From positions 1,759,715 through 1,823,714 of the forward strand of contig OY781873.1 of the NCBI GenBank assembly GCA_963677075.1: a stretch of DNA of 64,000 nucleotides, in the 5' to 3' direction. Below the pieces are notes generated by a model. It was not told the DNA's origin. It saw only the letters and a list, made by a program, of their open reading frames with translations, and searched no databases. A program made the translations under genes and the position numbers. This DNA is from an uncultured Sphaerochaeta sp. Lineage in GTDB: Bacteria > Spirochaetota > Spirochaetia > Sphaerochaetales > Sphaerochaetaceae. Positions 28,491 to 36,750 of this stretch are shown piece by piece; the stretch's first letter is position 1, and each line of letters starts with the position of its first letter.

Positions 28491-29789
28491 ATGAAGAAAC
28501 ATCTATTGCTGGTTCTGACCGTCTTGGCTATCATGCTTGCCTTTGTTGGCTGCGCCAAGTCAGAGAGTGAAGAGACCCAGGCAGCTGTTGCTGCACCGAA
28601 AGCTGAGCCGACTGTTTCCACACCGGCACCTGCAGCACCTGCAGCAACCGAAACGTATGCTGATGGCGTGTATTTCGCCGCAGGTGACACCTTTGCTTCT
28701 TCCGGTTGGAAGGAGACAGTAACCCTTACTGTCGAAGGTGGGAAGATCACTGATGCTGACTGGAATGCAGTTAACATCAATGCTGGCGCTGACAAGAAGA
28801 GCTATGACCGGGCTGGCAAGTACAACATGGTCAAGTTCGGTAGTGCCCAGGCTGAGTGGTATGAACAGGCTGAGAAGGCTGAGGCTTACTTGCTTGAGAC
28901 CCAAGATCCTTCCGCCATCACCTACAAGGATGATGAAGGTCACACCGATGCAATCGCCGGAGTATCCGTCCATGTTGATGCCTTCTTCGACCTCGCAAGC
29001 GAAGCACTCGCTGCTGGTCCTGTTGGCCGTGGTCCATACGAGGATGGTGCATACTTCGCCATTGCAGATTCCTATCCTTCCTCTGGTTGGAAAGAATATG
29101 TCTCCTTGACCGTACTCAATGGCCGCATTGCTGCTGTCAACTGGAGTGCAGTCAATAGGGCAGGCGATGACAAGAAGCCGTACGACAAGGCCGGTAACTA
29201 TAATATGGTCAAGTTCGGTGGAGCACAGGCAGAGTGGTATGAGCAGGCTGCCAAGGCAGAAGCATACTTGCTTGAGACCCAGGACCTTGATGGTATCACC
29301 TACAAGGATGATGATGGTCACACCGATGACATCGCGGGTGTCTCCATCCATGTTGATGCTCTCTACAACCTTGCCAAGGAAGCTCTTGCAGCTGGCCCAA
29401 CTGAGATCGGTCCCTTCAAGGATGGTTCCTACTATGCGAGCGAAGAGGCTTTCAGTTCCTCCGGTTGGAAAGGCTATGTCTCCTTGTTGGTAAACAACGG
29501 CAACATTGAGAATGTGTACTGGAGTGCAGTGGACAAAGACGGCCGTGACAAGAAGCAGGTTGCTGCTGATGGTGAATATGGCATGTTGGCACGTAGTGCG
29601 ATCGGTAAGGAGTGGCATGAACAGGCGGCTGCTGTCGAGGCATACCTGCTCTCCACCCAGGATCCAAAAGAGATCACCTATAAGGACGAGGACGGCCACA
29701 CCGATGATATCGCCGGTGCATCCATCCATGTCAACGATTTCTATGCTTTGGTTGAGGCAGCACTTGCTGCAGGACCAAAGAAGTATTAA
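28491..29789 (+). CDS. Lipoprotein with three FMN-binding domains
   Basis: Lipobox FVGC, Ala/Pro linker, three repeats each ending TDxIAG[VA]S[VI]HV. Confidence 0.85.
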   Translation: MKKHLLLVLTVLAIMLAFVGCAKSESEETQAAVAAPKAEPTVSTPAPAAPAATETYADGVYFAAGDTFASSGWKETVTLTVEGGKITDADWNAVNINAGADKKSYDRAGKYNMVKFGSAQAEWYEQAEKAEAYLLETQDPSAITYKDDEGHTDAIAGVSVHVDAFFDLASEALAAGPVGRGPYEDGAYFAIADSYPSSGWKEYVSLTVLNGRIAAVNWSAVNRAGDDKKPYDKAGNYNMVKFGGAQAEWYEQAAKAEAYLLETQDLDGITYKDDDGHTDDIAGVSIHVDALYNLAKEALAAGPTEIGPFKDGSYYASEEAFSSSGWKGYVSLLVNNGNIENVYWSAVDKDGRDKKQVAADGEYGMLARSAIGKEWHEQAAAVEAYLLSTQDPKEITYKDEDGHTDDIAGASIHVNDFYALVEAALAAGPKKY

Positions 29790-29809
29790 TCGAACATTTC
29801 ATGATTTTC

Positions 29810-29836
29810 TCCCCGGGATCTTCCCGGGGATTTTTT
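29810..29836 (+). terminator. Intrinsic terminator
   Basis: TCCCCGGG-ATCTT-CCCGGGGA followed by T6. Confidence 0.85.
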
Positions 29837-29882
29837 CTCTCTATCATGTGCAATTCTGCTATAATCAACGCTGGAGAATTTC

Positions 29883-30476
29883 ATGGAGATTGACTATGTC
29901 TCGGTATTCATTTTTACCTTTGTGACCACGTTTACCCCAGGTCCAAATACCATCAGTAGTGCAATGATAGGGATACAGGTGGGTTATAGGCGTAGCATCC
30001 CATATTTCTTGGGAATAGCAACCGGCTTTTTCTCCATCATGCTCCTTGGTGGGCTCTTTGCTTCCCTTCTAGTTCGCGTGCTTCCTAAGGTGATGCAGGT
30101 GTTCTCTTATATAGGGGCAGCGTACATCCTCTATCTTGCCTACCGTGTCCTGCATGCTGATTATGCACTTTCCGAGCAGAGCACAAAACTGCTGGGCTAC
30201 AAGGATGGGTTGTTGTTGCAGCTCTTCAATCCAAAGGTACTGGTCCTTGCCCTTACCATCTATACAACATTTCTTGGTTCCATGGACCGGAGTATACCAG
30301 CCTTGTTCTTGAGTGCTCTCTTTCTTACAACGATGAGTTTCTCTGCAATCTCACTCTGGGCTTCCTTTGGTGCTGCGTTCTCGCAATTCCTTACCACACA
30401 GAAGACCAGGCGATTGGTGAATGGCCTGCTGGCACTGCTGCTTGTCTATAGTGCAATCACGTTGTTAGTTTCCTGA
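29883..30476 (+). CDS. LysE/RhtB-family exporter
   Basis: FTPGPNT, GAAYILYLAY, LFNPK. Confidence 0.9.
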   Translation: MEIDYVSVFIFTFVTTFTPGPNTISSAMIGIQVGYRRSIPYFLGIATGFFSIMLLGGLFASLLVRVLPKVMQVFSYIGAAYILYLAYRVLHADYALSEQSTKLLGYKDGLLLQLFNPKVLVLALTIYTTFLGSMDRSIPALFLSALFLTTMSFSAISLWASFGAAFSQFLTTQKTRRLVNGLLALLLVYSAITLLVS

Positions 30477-30480
30477 GTAA

Positions 30481-30516
30481 AGAAAGAAAAACCCCCTGCC
30501 GTTTAGGGCAAGGGGT
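30481..30516 (-). terminator. Terminator of the ABC operon (possibly bidirectional)
   Basis: ACCCCCTGCC...GGCAAGGGGT hairpin with an A-tract on its left. Confidence 0.7.
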
Positions 30517-30542
30517 CTGGGTATTAGAATAAACGTACGGTC

Positions 30543-31322
30543 CTATTCATCATCCTGTGGGGGAAGTACCTGTTTCAGGAAGGCGAGGGTTCGTTCTTCC
30601 TTTGGAGCACTGAACATTTCCTCAGGGGGAGCTTCCTCAAGAATGACTCCTTCATCCATGAAGATGACACGGTCTGCAACCTCCTTGGCGAACCACATCT
30701 CATGGGTTACCACCAACATCGTCATCCCCTTGTTTGCAAGGTCAGTCATGACTGAGAGTACCTCACCAACCAGCTCGGGATCGAGTGCGCTGGTAGGTTC
30801 GTCGAAGAGCATAATCTCGGGCTCCATGGCAAGCGCACGGGCAATGGCGACACGTTGTTTCTGCCCGCCGCTAAGCATGGCTGGGTAGACATCTGCTTTG
30901 TCGCTCAGTCCAACCTGCTCAAGAATCTCGAGGCCTTTCTTCCTTGCTTTGTCCTTGGGCATCTTCTTGACATGTACCATTCCTTCCATCACATTGCCGA
31001 TTACCGTCATGTGGGGGAAGAGATTGAAGTGCTGGAAAACCATCCCAAGACCCTGGCGGACCTTGTTCAGTTGTTTTTCCTGTTGCTTTACTCGCTTGCC
31101 ATCAACGTATATCTTCCCTTTCTGGGCTTTCTCCAGAAAGTTTACACAGCGCAGCAGCGTACTTTTGCCACTTCCCGAGGCGCCGATGATTACCACCACT
31201 TCGCCCCGCTTAACTTCAAGGTTTATGTCCTTAAGAACTTCCAGGTCCCCGAACCACTTCTTGAGATGTTCTATCTTCAGGATTGTTTCATCTGTCTTAT
31301 GTGTTTGTTTAGTCATGGTCAC
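30543..31322 (-). CDS. Polar amino-acid ABC transporter ATPase
   Basis: [37 protein letters not shown]. Confidence 0.95.
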   Translation of the reverse strand: MTMTKQTHKTDETILKIEHLKKWFGDLEVLKDINLEVKRGEVVVIIGASGSGKSTLLRCVNFLEKAQKGKIYVDGKRVKQQEKQLNKVRQGLGMVFQHFNLFPHMTVIGNVMEGMVHVKKMPKDKARKKGLEILEQVGLSDKADVYPAMLSGGQKQRVAIARALAMEPEIMLFDEPTSALDPELVGEVLSVMTDLANKGMTMLVVTHEMWFAKEVADRVIFMDEGVILEEAPPEEMFSAPKEERTLAFLKQVLPPQDDE

Positions 31323-31977
31323 TCACCTTCAATCTTTGTTCGATGCGATGCATCACGAATGAGAGCAGGCTCGTCATGATCAGGTACCAGATGCCGACAA
31401 TAAGGAACATCTCCATGTACATGAAGGAGGAAGAGCCCATCTGCCTTCCCTTGAGCATGAGCTCTGGAACGGCAATGGTGGATGCAAGGCTGCTGTCCTT
31501 CAATGCGATGATCAACTGGTTGCCCAATGGGGGGACAGCTCGCTTGAAAGCTTGTGGGAGCACAATACGTTGCATTGCCTTTCCCTGGGTCATGCCCAAG
31601 CTTCGGGCAGCTTCCATCTGCCCATAATCGATGGACTGGATGGACCCACGGAAAATCTCAGCAATGTACGCACCATTATGTACACCAAGAGCAATGATCG
31701 CAGAGGGGATGGGGTCGATGGTTACAATGCTGGTAAGTCCGTAGTAAATGATGAACAACTGCACCAGCAGAGGTGTTCCTCTGATGAGGAAGATGTAAGC
31801 TCTACTGATGGCACTTATCCATTGACGTTTGGAAAGGCGGCCGAGAGCGGCCACCAATCCAATAATAAGACCAAGTAGAATCCCGAAAAAGGTGATCTGT
31901 AGCGTATAGAGTGCTGCATCAGCGAATTGGAAAAAACGCTGGGGAATCACCGTTAGATCCCATGGTAATATACTCAT
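31309..31977 (-). CDS. Polar amino-acid ABC transporter permease
   Basis: [27 protein letters not shown]. Confidence 0.95.
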   Translation of the reverse strand: MSILPWDLTVIPQRFFQFADAALYTLQITFFGILLGLIIGLVAALGRLSKRQWISAISRAYIFLIRGTPLLVQLFIIYYGLTSIVTIDPIPSAIIALGVHNGAYIAEIFRGSIQSIDYGQMEAARSLGMTQGKAMQRIVLPQAFKRAVPPLGNQLIIALKDSSLASTIAVPELMLKGRQMGSSSFMYMEMFLIVGIWYLIMTSLLSFVMHRIEQRLKVSDHD

Positions 31978-31991
31978 TCTAGGATTCTCCC

Positions 31992-32777
31992 TTACTCTAC
32001 GGTAATGTCTTCACCGTTGAACCACTTTTCACTAATCTGTTTCATGGTGCCATCGGCAAACATATCGCTGAGTGCGGCATTGACCTGCTCACGGAGCTCA
32101 TCGTCATCCTCATGGAAACCTATGCCCATGACTTCACTACGGAGTACCGATCCTACGAGCGTAAGCTTGTCTCCATCCTTCAACTGGTTGATGGCATTCA
32201 GTCCAACAATCCTGTCAGTCAGGACGCCGTCCACACGACCGTTGAGCAGTTCAATCAAAGTCTGGTTGTCATCTTCATAGAGTTTAACCTTGGTGCCAAG
32301 TTTCTTTGCATCATTCTCAAAGGTGGTACCAGTTACCAGCCCAAGGGTATTATCACTGGTAAGGTCCTCAACAGAATTGATACCGCCGTCCTTCATGGCT
32401 ATCAACTGTGGGCCACTGTAATAGTAAGGGATGGAGAAGTCGATGACTGCCTCGCGTTCTTCTGTGATTCCCATACTGCCCAGAATTCCGTCATAGCGTT
32501 TTGCCCTGAGGCCTTCAACAATTCCGTCCCATGCAGTGGCTACGTATTCCAGTTCCATATCCAGACGGTTGGCGATCTCAGCAGCAACATCAACATCAAA
32601 GCCGATGATGTCTCCATCTTCCGTCATGTAGTTGAATGGAGGGTATCCACCGGAACCAGCGAAGGTGATGGTATTTGTAGTTTCCATTTGACCTTGGGCA
32701 ACCAAGGCAGGAAGCGAAATCAGTAACATCAATCCAATAATAAGCAACTTTCGATACAATTTGTTCGTATTTTTCAA
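31992..32777 (-). CDS. Polar amino-acid ABC substrate-binding protein
   Basis: GYPPFNY...GFDVDVA; TTG start with AAAGGAG RBS. Confidence 0.92.
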   Translation of the reverse strand: MKNTNKLYRKLLIIGLMLLISLPALVAQGQMETTNTITFAGSGGYPPFNYMTEDGDIIGFDVDVAAEIANRLDMELEYVATAWDGIVEGLRAKRYDGILGSMGITEEREAVIDFSIPYYYSGPQLIAMKDGGINSVEDLTSDNTLGLVTGTTFENDAKKLGTKVKLYEDDNQTLIELLNGRVDGVLTDRIVGLNAINQLKDGDKLTLVGSVLRSEVMGIGFHEDDDELREQVNAALSDMFADGTMKQISEKWFNGEDITVE

Positions 32778-32933
32778 AATAAACTCCTTTGAAAAAATTG
32801 ATATAGAATTGTAACAATGAATAGCTATTACATACAACTGTAAAACAGCTATTTCTTTACCCTTAATGCTTTGTGTGCTTTTACTGTTTATAACATGGTC
32901 AGGTATAAATAGTTTACTAGGGGTACTTTACCC

Positions 32934-34529
32934 TTGATTAAACAAAAAAAGAATGCTATAAATTATAACATGGTTTCGAGATTATCACGCCCAAAAGTCA
33001 TTGAAATTGTCAATAAGAAGAATCATGTCACCTATTTATACGAGGACCAGTACTACTGGGACCCTGATAAAAAACAGACACGGCATAAACGTCGATGCAT
33101 CGGTAAACTCGATGGAGTAACGGGAGAGCCAATCTATAACCCTACATATCAGCAGGAGCTGGAGAGTCAGGGAACGGAGACGGTGAAAGCGATTCCTTCA
33201 TTCCGGTCCTATGCATTTGAGCAGTTGCAGGAAGTCATTGAAAAGGAGCTCAGCCTGAGAGAGTGGATGCAGCCACTCATGAGTGAGGAGAAGGTGGAGA
33301 AAATCCTGCATCTTGCTTGGTACCTTATCTGTTCAAACAATCCCATCTCCTATGCTACCCATTGGAAACAAGGAATCTATACGAGTGTGGAGAGTTTGGT
33401 AGAACTGCAGGGAATCCTTCGCTCCCTGGACGCTGAGTTTCTCCGAATCTGGGGACAACGTTGTCTGGAAAATTTTAATGAGAATTCCAGCGAAATCATA
33501 TTTGACCTTTGCAGTACTGCCAGTTATCAGAACCATAACCCATTTCTCCAATATGGTTACAACCGTGATATAGAGGCCTTGGAACAGAATACCATCATCT
33601 TACTAGCTCATGGTGATAGTCACCTCCCATACTCGTTCCAGATTCTCGATGGGACGATGCTCAGCAGCAAGACCATTGCGAATGTGATGGATACGCTGGA
33701 AGTCGATACCGATACAGTATTGATGCTCAATCGCAGATACTTCTCAATCCCCAGGATTCAGGAGTTGGTGGAACTGGGGTACCAGTTCATTATCCGCATC
33801 CCAACTCGAAAGCGATGGTTGGAGCAATTCATTGAAAAACATCGTGATGAGATTGTTGTGGGGACAACGCTCTATGACTGCAAGGGTAGGGAGCTGAGGA
33901 GTCTGAGTCTCTCTGCACCCTTCCTGGAGGAGGAGTCTCTTACCATTCATCTCTATTATGATGAGCAGTGGAGAGAGAGCCAGCGGAGCAATCTCCTTTC
34001 CTTGTTGGGGAGATGTAAACGAGAACTGGAGTTTGAAGTACCGCTTGAGGAGCATGCCCGATTATATGAAACCTATTTCAAGGTACGAAAACGCCCCAAT
34101 GGAAGTAATAGGGTCAGTCTAAGCCGTGACCCACTGAGAACCTTTGAGGCCTCCCAGGCAGGTTTCTGGGCAGTGATCACAAACACAGGGCTCTCAGCAG
34201 AACAAGCCCTTGCCAAGTATGAACAGCGCAATGACTTTGAACATCGATTCAATAACCTTATGAACCAAGAGGACTGCAGGTTGTTGCATGTCCAGTCTCC
34301 CCAGAATTTTCCTGGTAGGGTATTTCTCCAACTCATCTCTGAGATCATCCGGCAGAAATTGTTGGAAAAGTTGGAAGATACCGATTACAGCCTGAGCCAG
34401 GCACTCTTTACAGTTATGGATATCCAGGAAGTTACATTCAGAGAAAATGATACTCCTTATAGGAGTGAGCTGAATGAACGAGACAAGGAAATCCTTGGGA
34501 AGCTTGGCATTGTGGTAGAAGAAGCATAG
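32934..34529 (+). CDS. IS1634-like transposase, probably catalytically degenerate
   Basis: YLYE..YYWDPDKKQTR..R.CIGK N-terminus; FD, GYNRD, LNRRYFS (DRG expected), YEQR..FEHRF; no inverted repeats seen. Confidence 0.7.
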   Translation: MIKQKKNAINYNMVSRLSRPKVIEIVNKKNHVTYLYEDQYYWDPDKKQTRHKRRCIGKLDGVTGEPIYNPTYQQELESQGTETVKAIPSFRSYAFEQLQEVIEKELSLREWMQPLMSEEKVEKILHLAWYLICSNNPISYATHWKQGIYTSVESLVELQGILRSLDAEFLRIWGQRCLENFNENSSEIIFDLCSTASYQNHNPFLQYGYNRDIEALEQNTIILLAHGDSHLPYSFQILDGTMLSSKTIANVMDTLEVDTDTVLMLNRRYFSIPRIQELVELGYQFIIRIPTRKRWLEQFIEKHRDEIVVGTTLYDCKGRELRSLSLSAPFLEEESLTIHLYYDEQWRESQRSNLLSLLGRCKRELEFEVPLEEHARLYETYFKVRKRPNGSNRVSLSRDPLRTFEASQAGFWAVITNTGLSAEQALAKYEQRNDFEHRFNNLMNQEDCRLLHVQSPQNFPGRVFLQLISEIIRQKLLEKLEDTDYSLSQALFTVMDIQEVTFRENDTPYRSELNERDKEILGKLGIVVEEA

Positions 34530-34540
34530 GGAGAGTCCTG

Positions 34541-34702
34541 CTAATCTTCTGCATACACAAACAGATCGCCTGGTTGGCATGCCAGATGCCTGCAGATGGC
34601 TTCCATGGTTGCCAACCTGACAGCACTGATTTTTCCTGTCTTGAGGTTTGAAAGGTTTGCCATGGTATTACCAACCTTCTCTGATAATTCAGTAAGTGAC
34701 AT
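34541..34702 (-). pseudogene. N-terminally truncated YozG-like XRE HTH (53 aa, absent from ORF track)
   Basis: MSLTELSEKVGNTMANLSNLKTGKISAVRLATMEAICRHLACQPGDLF; in-frame TGA immediately before the ATG. Confidence 0.7.
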
Positions 34703-34934
34703 TCATATATCTGATGCTTTCGTTCGATCTGTTTGGATTTTTCGTGTTTTGGTGATGAAATGTTTCCTGGAATACATCCAAAGTGAAAATCGTGACAGTG
34801 ATTGCAGTACAGTGGTGTTGACGTTAAGCGAAGTAGTGCCAAATTCCATTTAATCTTGTCAGTGTGAATGCTCCTTCCATTTTTCCTTTCTCCATAAACT
34901 GAGTAGACTCATTCATAAGTTCCAAAGAAAGGAT

Positions 34935-34980
34935 AAAAAAGAAAAATCCTTTCCTGCTTTTTCTTAAGCAGAAAAGGATT
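34935..34980 (-). terminator. Terminator of the original tRNA-Leu locus
   Basis: 15-bp stem 34945-34959/34966-34980 with minus-strand T-tract, just downstream of the tRNA 3' end. Confidence 0.85.
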
Positions 34981-34986
34981 AGTAAG

Positions 34987-35042
34987 TGCGGTAGACTGGA
35001 CTTGAACCAGCACAAGATTTCTCCCACTAGCACCTCAAGCTA
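34987..35042 (-). pseudogene. 3' half of tRNA-Leu(GAG), prophage att site
   Basis: Minus strand TAGC-TTGAGGT-GCTAG anticodon arm, variable arm, GCTGG-TTCAAGT-CCAGT T-arm, CTACCGC-A; D-arm and 5' acceptor strand absent. Confidence 0.9.
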
Positions 35043-35061
35043 ATCTGCTTCTGTTTAAGCT

Positions 35062-35178
35062 TGTATCTGTCTGTATCATATTGTATCGTAACTTCGCTAC
35101 GTGCAACATGTTACTGTATCCTAGTGTATCACACTGTATCAGTTTGTATCAACCAAATTGAGTAGAAATTTGAGTAGA
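35062..35178 (+). repeat. Phased direct repeats in the attP-derived arm
   Basis: TGTATC at 35062/72/82 and 35115/25/35/45 (10-bp period); TTGAGTAGA at 35158 and 35170. Confidence 0.85.
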
Positions 35179-35279
35179 GTAAAATTCGATTTTGTAGTTT
35201 TAGTTTATGTCTTTATCACCAGTTGACGATGCCTCCTGTTTTTTATTACTTCCATCTTGGGGGTATGGGAACTCAAGGA

Positions 35280-35705
35280 CTATCCCTCCAGTTTGCTTAA
35301 GTTCCCATTTGTATCATAAAAGCCAATTCCCCATGAGGTGAGCATTGTCCCGATTGTTCTTAACTGCAAGGCATTGCATTGGACAATTCTCCAGACCAAT
35401 TCCTTTAGTGTCCGATTTGAAGAGAGAATCTCGAACAGCGAGTCAGGACTATATGCTGGTTCACGTTCAACTACAGGAGAGTGATTACTATTCCCACTGA
35501 TCAATTCCTCAATCGTGATGCCTAACCCCTTCGACAATTTGTAAGTTGTAAGGACATTGGGGAATCCTCCGCGCATCTTCGAGGAAATTATTGATTCGTA
35601 ATTGATGTTCTGTTCTGTACAGACATCTTTCAATGTTGCAGATCTTCTCAATACTGCAAGCTCCACCCTATGCCAAAATCCCACCGCTTCTTTCTTTGTT
35701 TTCAT
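35280..35705 (-). CDS. CI-like XRE HTH repressor
   Basis: FWHRV...TLKDVC...PNVLTTYKLSKGLGITIEELISG; divergent from the early operon. Confidence 0.75.
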   Translation of the reverse strand: MKTKKEAVGFWHRVELAVLRRSATLKDVCTEQNINYESIISSKMRGGFPNVLTTYKLSKGLGITIEELISGNSNHSPVVEREPAYSPDSLFEILSSNRTLKELVWRIVQCNALQLRTIGTMLTSWGIGFYDTNGNLSKLEG

Positions 35706-35711
35706 ATCTCC

Positions 35712-35839
35712 ATTCTACACTGAACCTTATATTTGTCTACCCAAGAAGTACCATAAAAATGGAATTTTTTATTGACAACCTTATAAATATCGGGTAGGTT
35801 AGTGGCATGAATCAGTCAAAACCCGATAAAACTAAGGTT
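35712..35839. promoter_or_regulatory. Divergent lysis/lysogeny promoters and operators
   Basis: Right: TTGACA(35772)-17-TAGGTT. Left (minus): TAGACA(35739)-16-TAGAAT(35717-35712). AACCTTATA at 35723 and 35777; AACCTT-N5-TATCGGGT (35777-35795) repeated inverted at 35821-35839. Confidence 0.65.
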
Positions 35840-35986
35840 GGGCACATAATTGTCAGCCGATTCTCTTCAGCAGAGAAAGAGGCAATCAGAAAGGCTGTAA
35901 CCAAAGCCCAAGTACGTAGACCAGTATTTTACCACGATGCAATCGTGGTGTTCGCAACGCTTCTAAACAAGGAGGAGAAAACATGA
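35807..35986 (+). CDS. 59-aa ribbon-helix-helix-like protein in the Cro position (absent from ORF track)
   Basis: HIIVSRFSSAEKEAIRKAVTKAQVRRPVFYHDAI; ATGA overlap with the next gene. Confidence 0.6.
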   Translation: MNQSKPDKTKVGHIIVSRFSSAEKEAIRKAVTKAQVRRPVFYHDAIVVFATLLNKEEKT

Positions 35987-36180
35987 TCCTTCTAACCCCA
36001 AAGCAAACTGCCGAATACTTGCAGCTCTCCGAGATCCAGGTGCGACGTCTCCTTGCCGCCAATAAGATCCCCCACTTCAAGATCGGTAGGGTGAATCGGG
36101 TAAACCAGGAGGAGCTTGATGCATGGTTGATGAAACGAGCACGGCAAGAAGCCGTTGGATCTTTTAAACAGAAAAGGTAA
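35983..36180 (+). CDS. xis: Excisionase-like HTH_17 protein
   Basis: LLTPKQTAEYLQLS...IPHFKIGR..RV...ELDAW; AAGGAGG RBS. Confidence 0.8.
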   Translation: MILLTPKQTAEYLQLSEIQVRRLLAANKIPHFKIGRVNRVNQEELDAWLMKRARQEAVGSFKQKR

Positions 36181-36281
36181 TACCACCACCACTCCTGCCG
36201 ATGAGTCGATCGGCATCAAAGGGCGAGGTTGTCTTTGACCTTCATTGACCGCGTGGCTCACGGGAGACCCGATAGAAGCTG

Positions 36282-36330
36282 TTGGGTGAAAGGGAATGGC
36301 TTCCCCGTGGTTCGATTCCACGGCACCCAA
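36282..36330 (+). ncRNA. tRNA-like element 1 (49 nt)
   Basis: TTGGGTG/CACCCAA stem, GGGAA-TGGC-TTCCC hairpin, CCGTGG-TTCGATT-CCACGG T-arm. Confidence 0.55.
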
Positions 36331-36440
36331 TACCTGCCCCGTATGGGGAGGACACCCAAAGACAGCCGGAAAGACGGCAGAAAATTAATTCACAATCTGT
36401 TTCTGGAATCTTCTCGATGGACGTTGTCTGTCGAGAAGGC

Positions 36441-36545
36441 TTGGGACTATCCGGTACGGGACCCGGTAACGGATTACATATGAGGGAGAGAAGGTCTGGA
36501 CAGACCAACCGTTCGCCCTGTGGGTTCGAGTCCCACAAGTCCCAA
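36441..36545 (+). ncRNA. tRNA-like element 2 (105 nt)
   Basis: TTGGGACT/AGTCCCAA stem, TGTGGG-TTCGAGT-CCCACA T-arm, internal ATCCG/CGGAT and GGTCT/AGACC stems. Confidence 0.6.
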
Positions 36546-36601
36546 TAATCGCATCCTGCCTTTTCGGAGGAGGAAGGGTATTGCCCACCATAGAAGGGCT
36601 C

Positions 36602-36729
36602 GGGACCGTGGCGCAGGAACGCTGGGGATGCACGGTAGACAAGGATTAACGGAGGTGACCGGTTGAGCCCGCTAGCAACTGTCGTATCCGTCACTGATGC
36701 AGGGTTCGAATCCCTGCCGGTCCCAACCA
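36602..36729 (+). ncRNA. tRNA-like element 3 (128 nt, ends ACCA)
   Basis: GGGACCG/CGGTCCC stem, TGGCGCAG D-arm-like start, GGATGC/GTATCC arm with long insert, GCAGGG-TTCGAAT-CCCTGC T-arm. Confidence 0.65.
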
Positions 36730-36750
36730 AATTTTTAGGAGGCATCAAGA

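Noticed and set aside
28560-29729. 389-aa minus-strand ORF, and similar long antisense ORFs at 37001-37984, 55473-56465 and 57861-59021
   Set aside because: Shadow frames opposite well-supported genes, with no motifs of their own
34987-35042. Intact tRNA-Leu gene
   Set aside because: D-arm and 5' acceptor strand are missing; identity stops in the anticodon stem
36282-36729. Ordinary phage tRNA genes or tmRNA
   Set aside because: No 7-nt anticodon loop on a 5-bp stem, T-stems are 6 bp, lengths 49/105/128 nt, and too short with no tag frame for tmRNA
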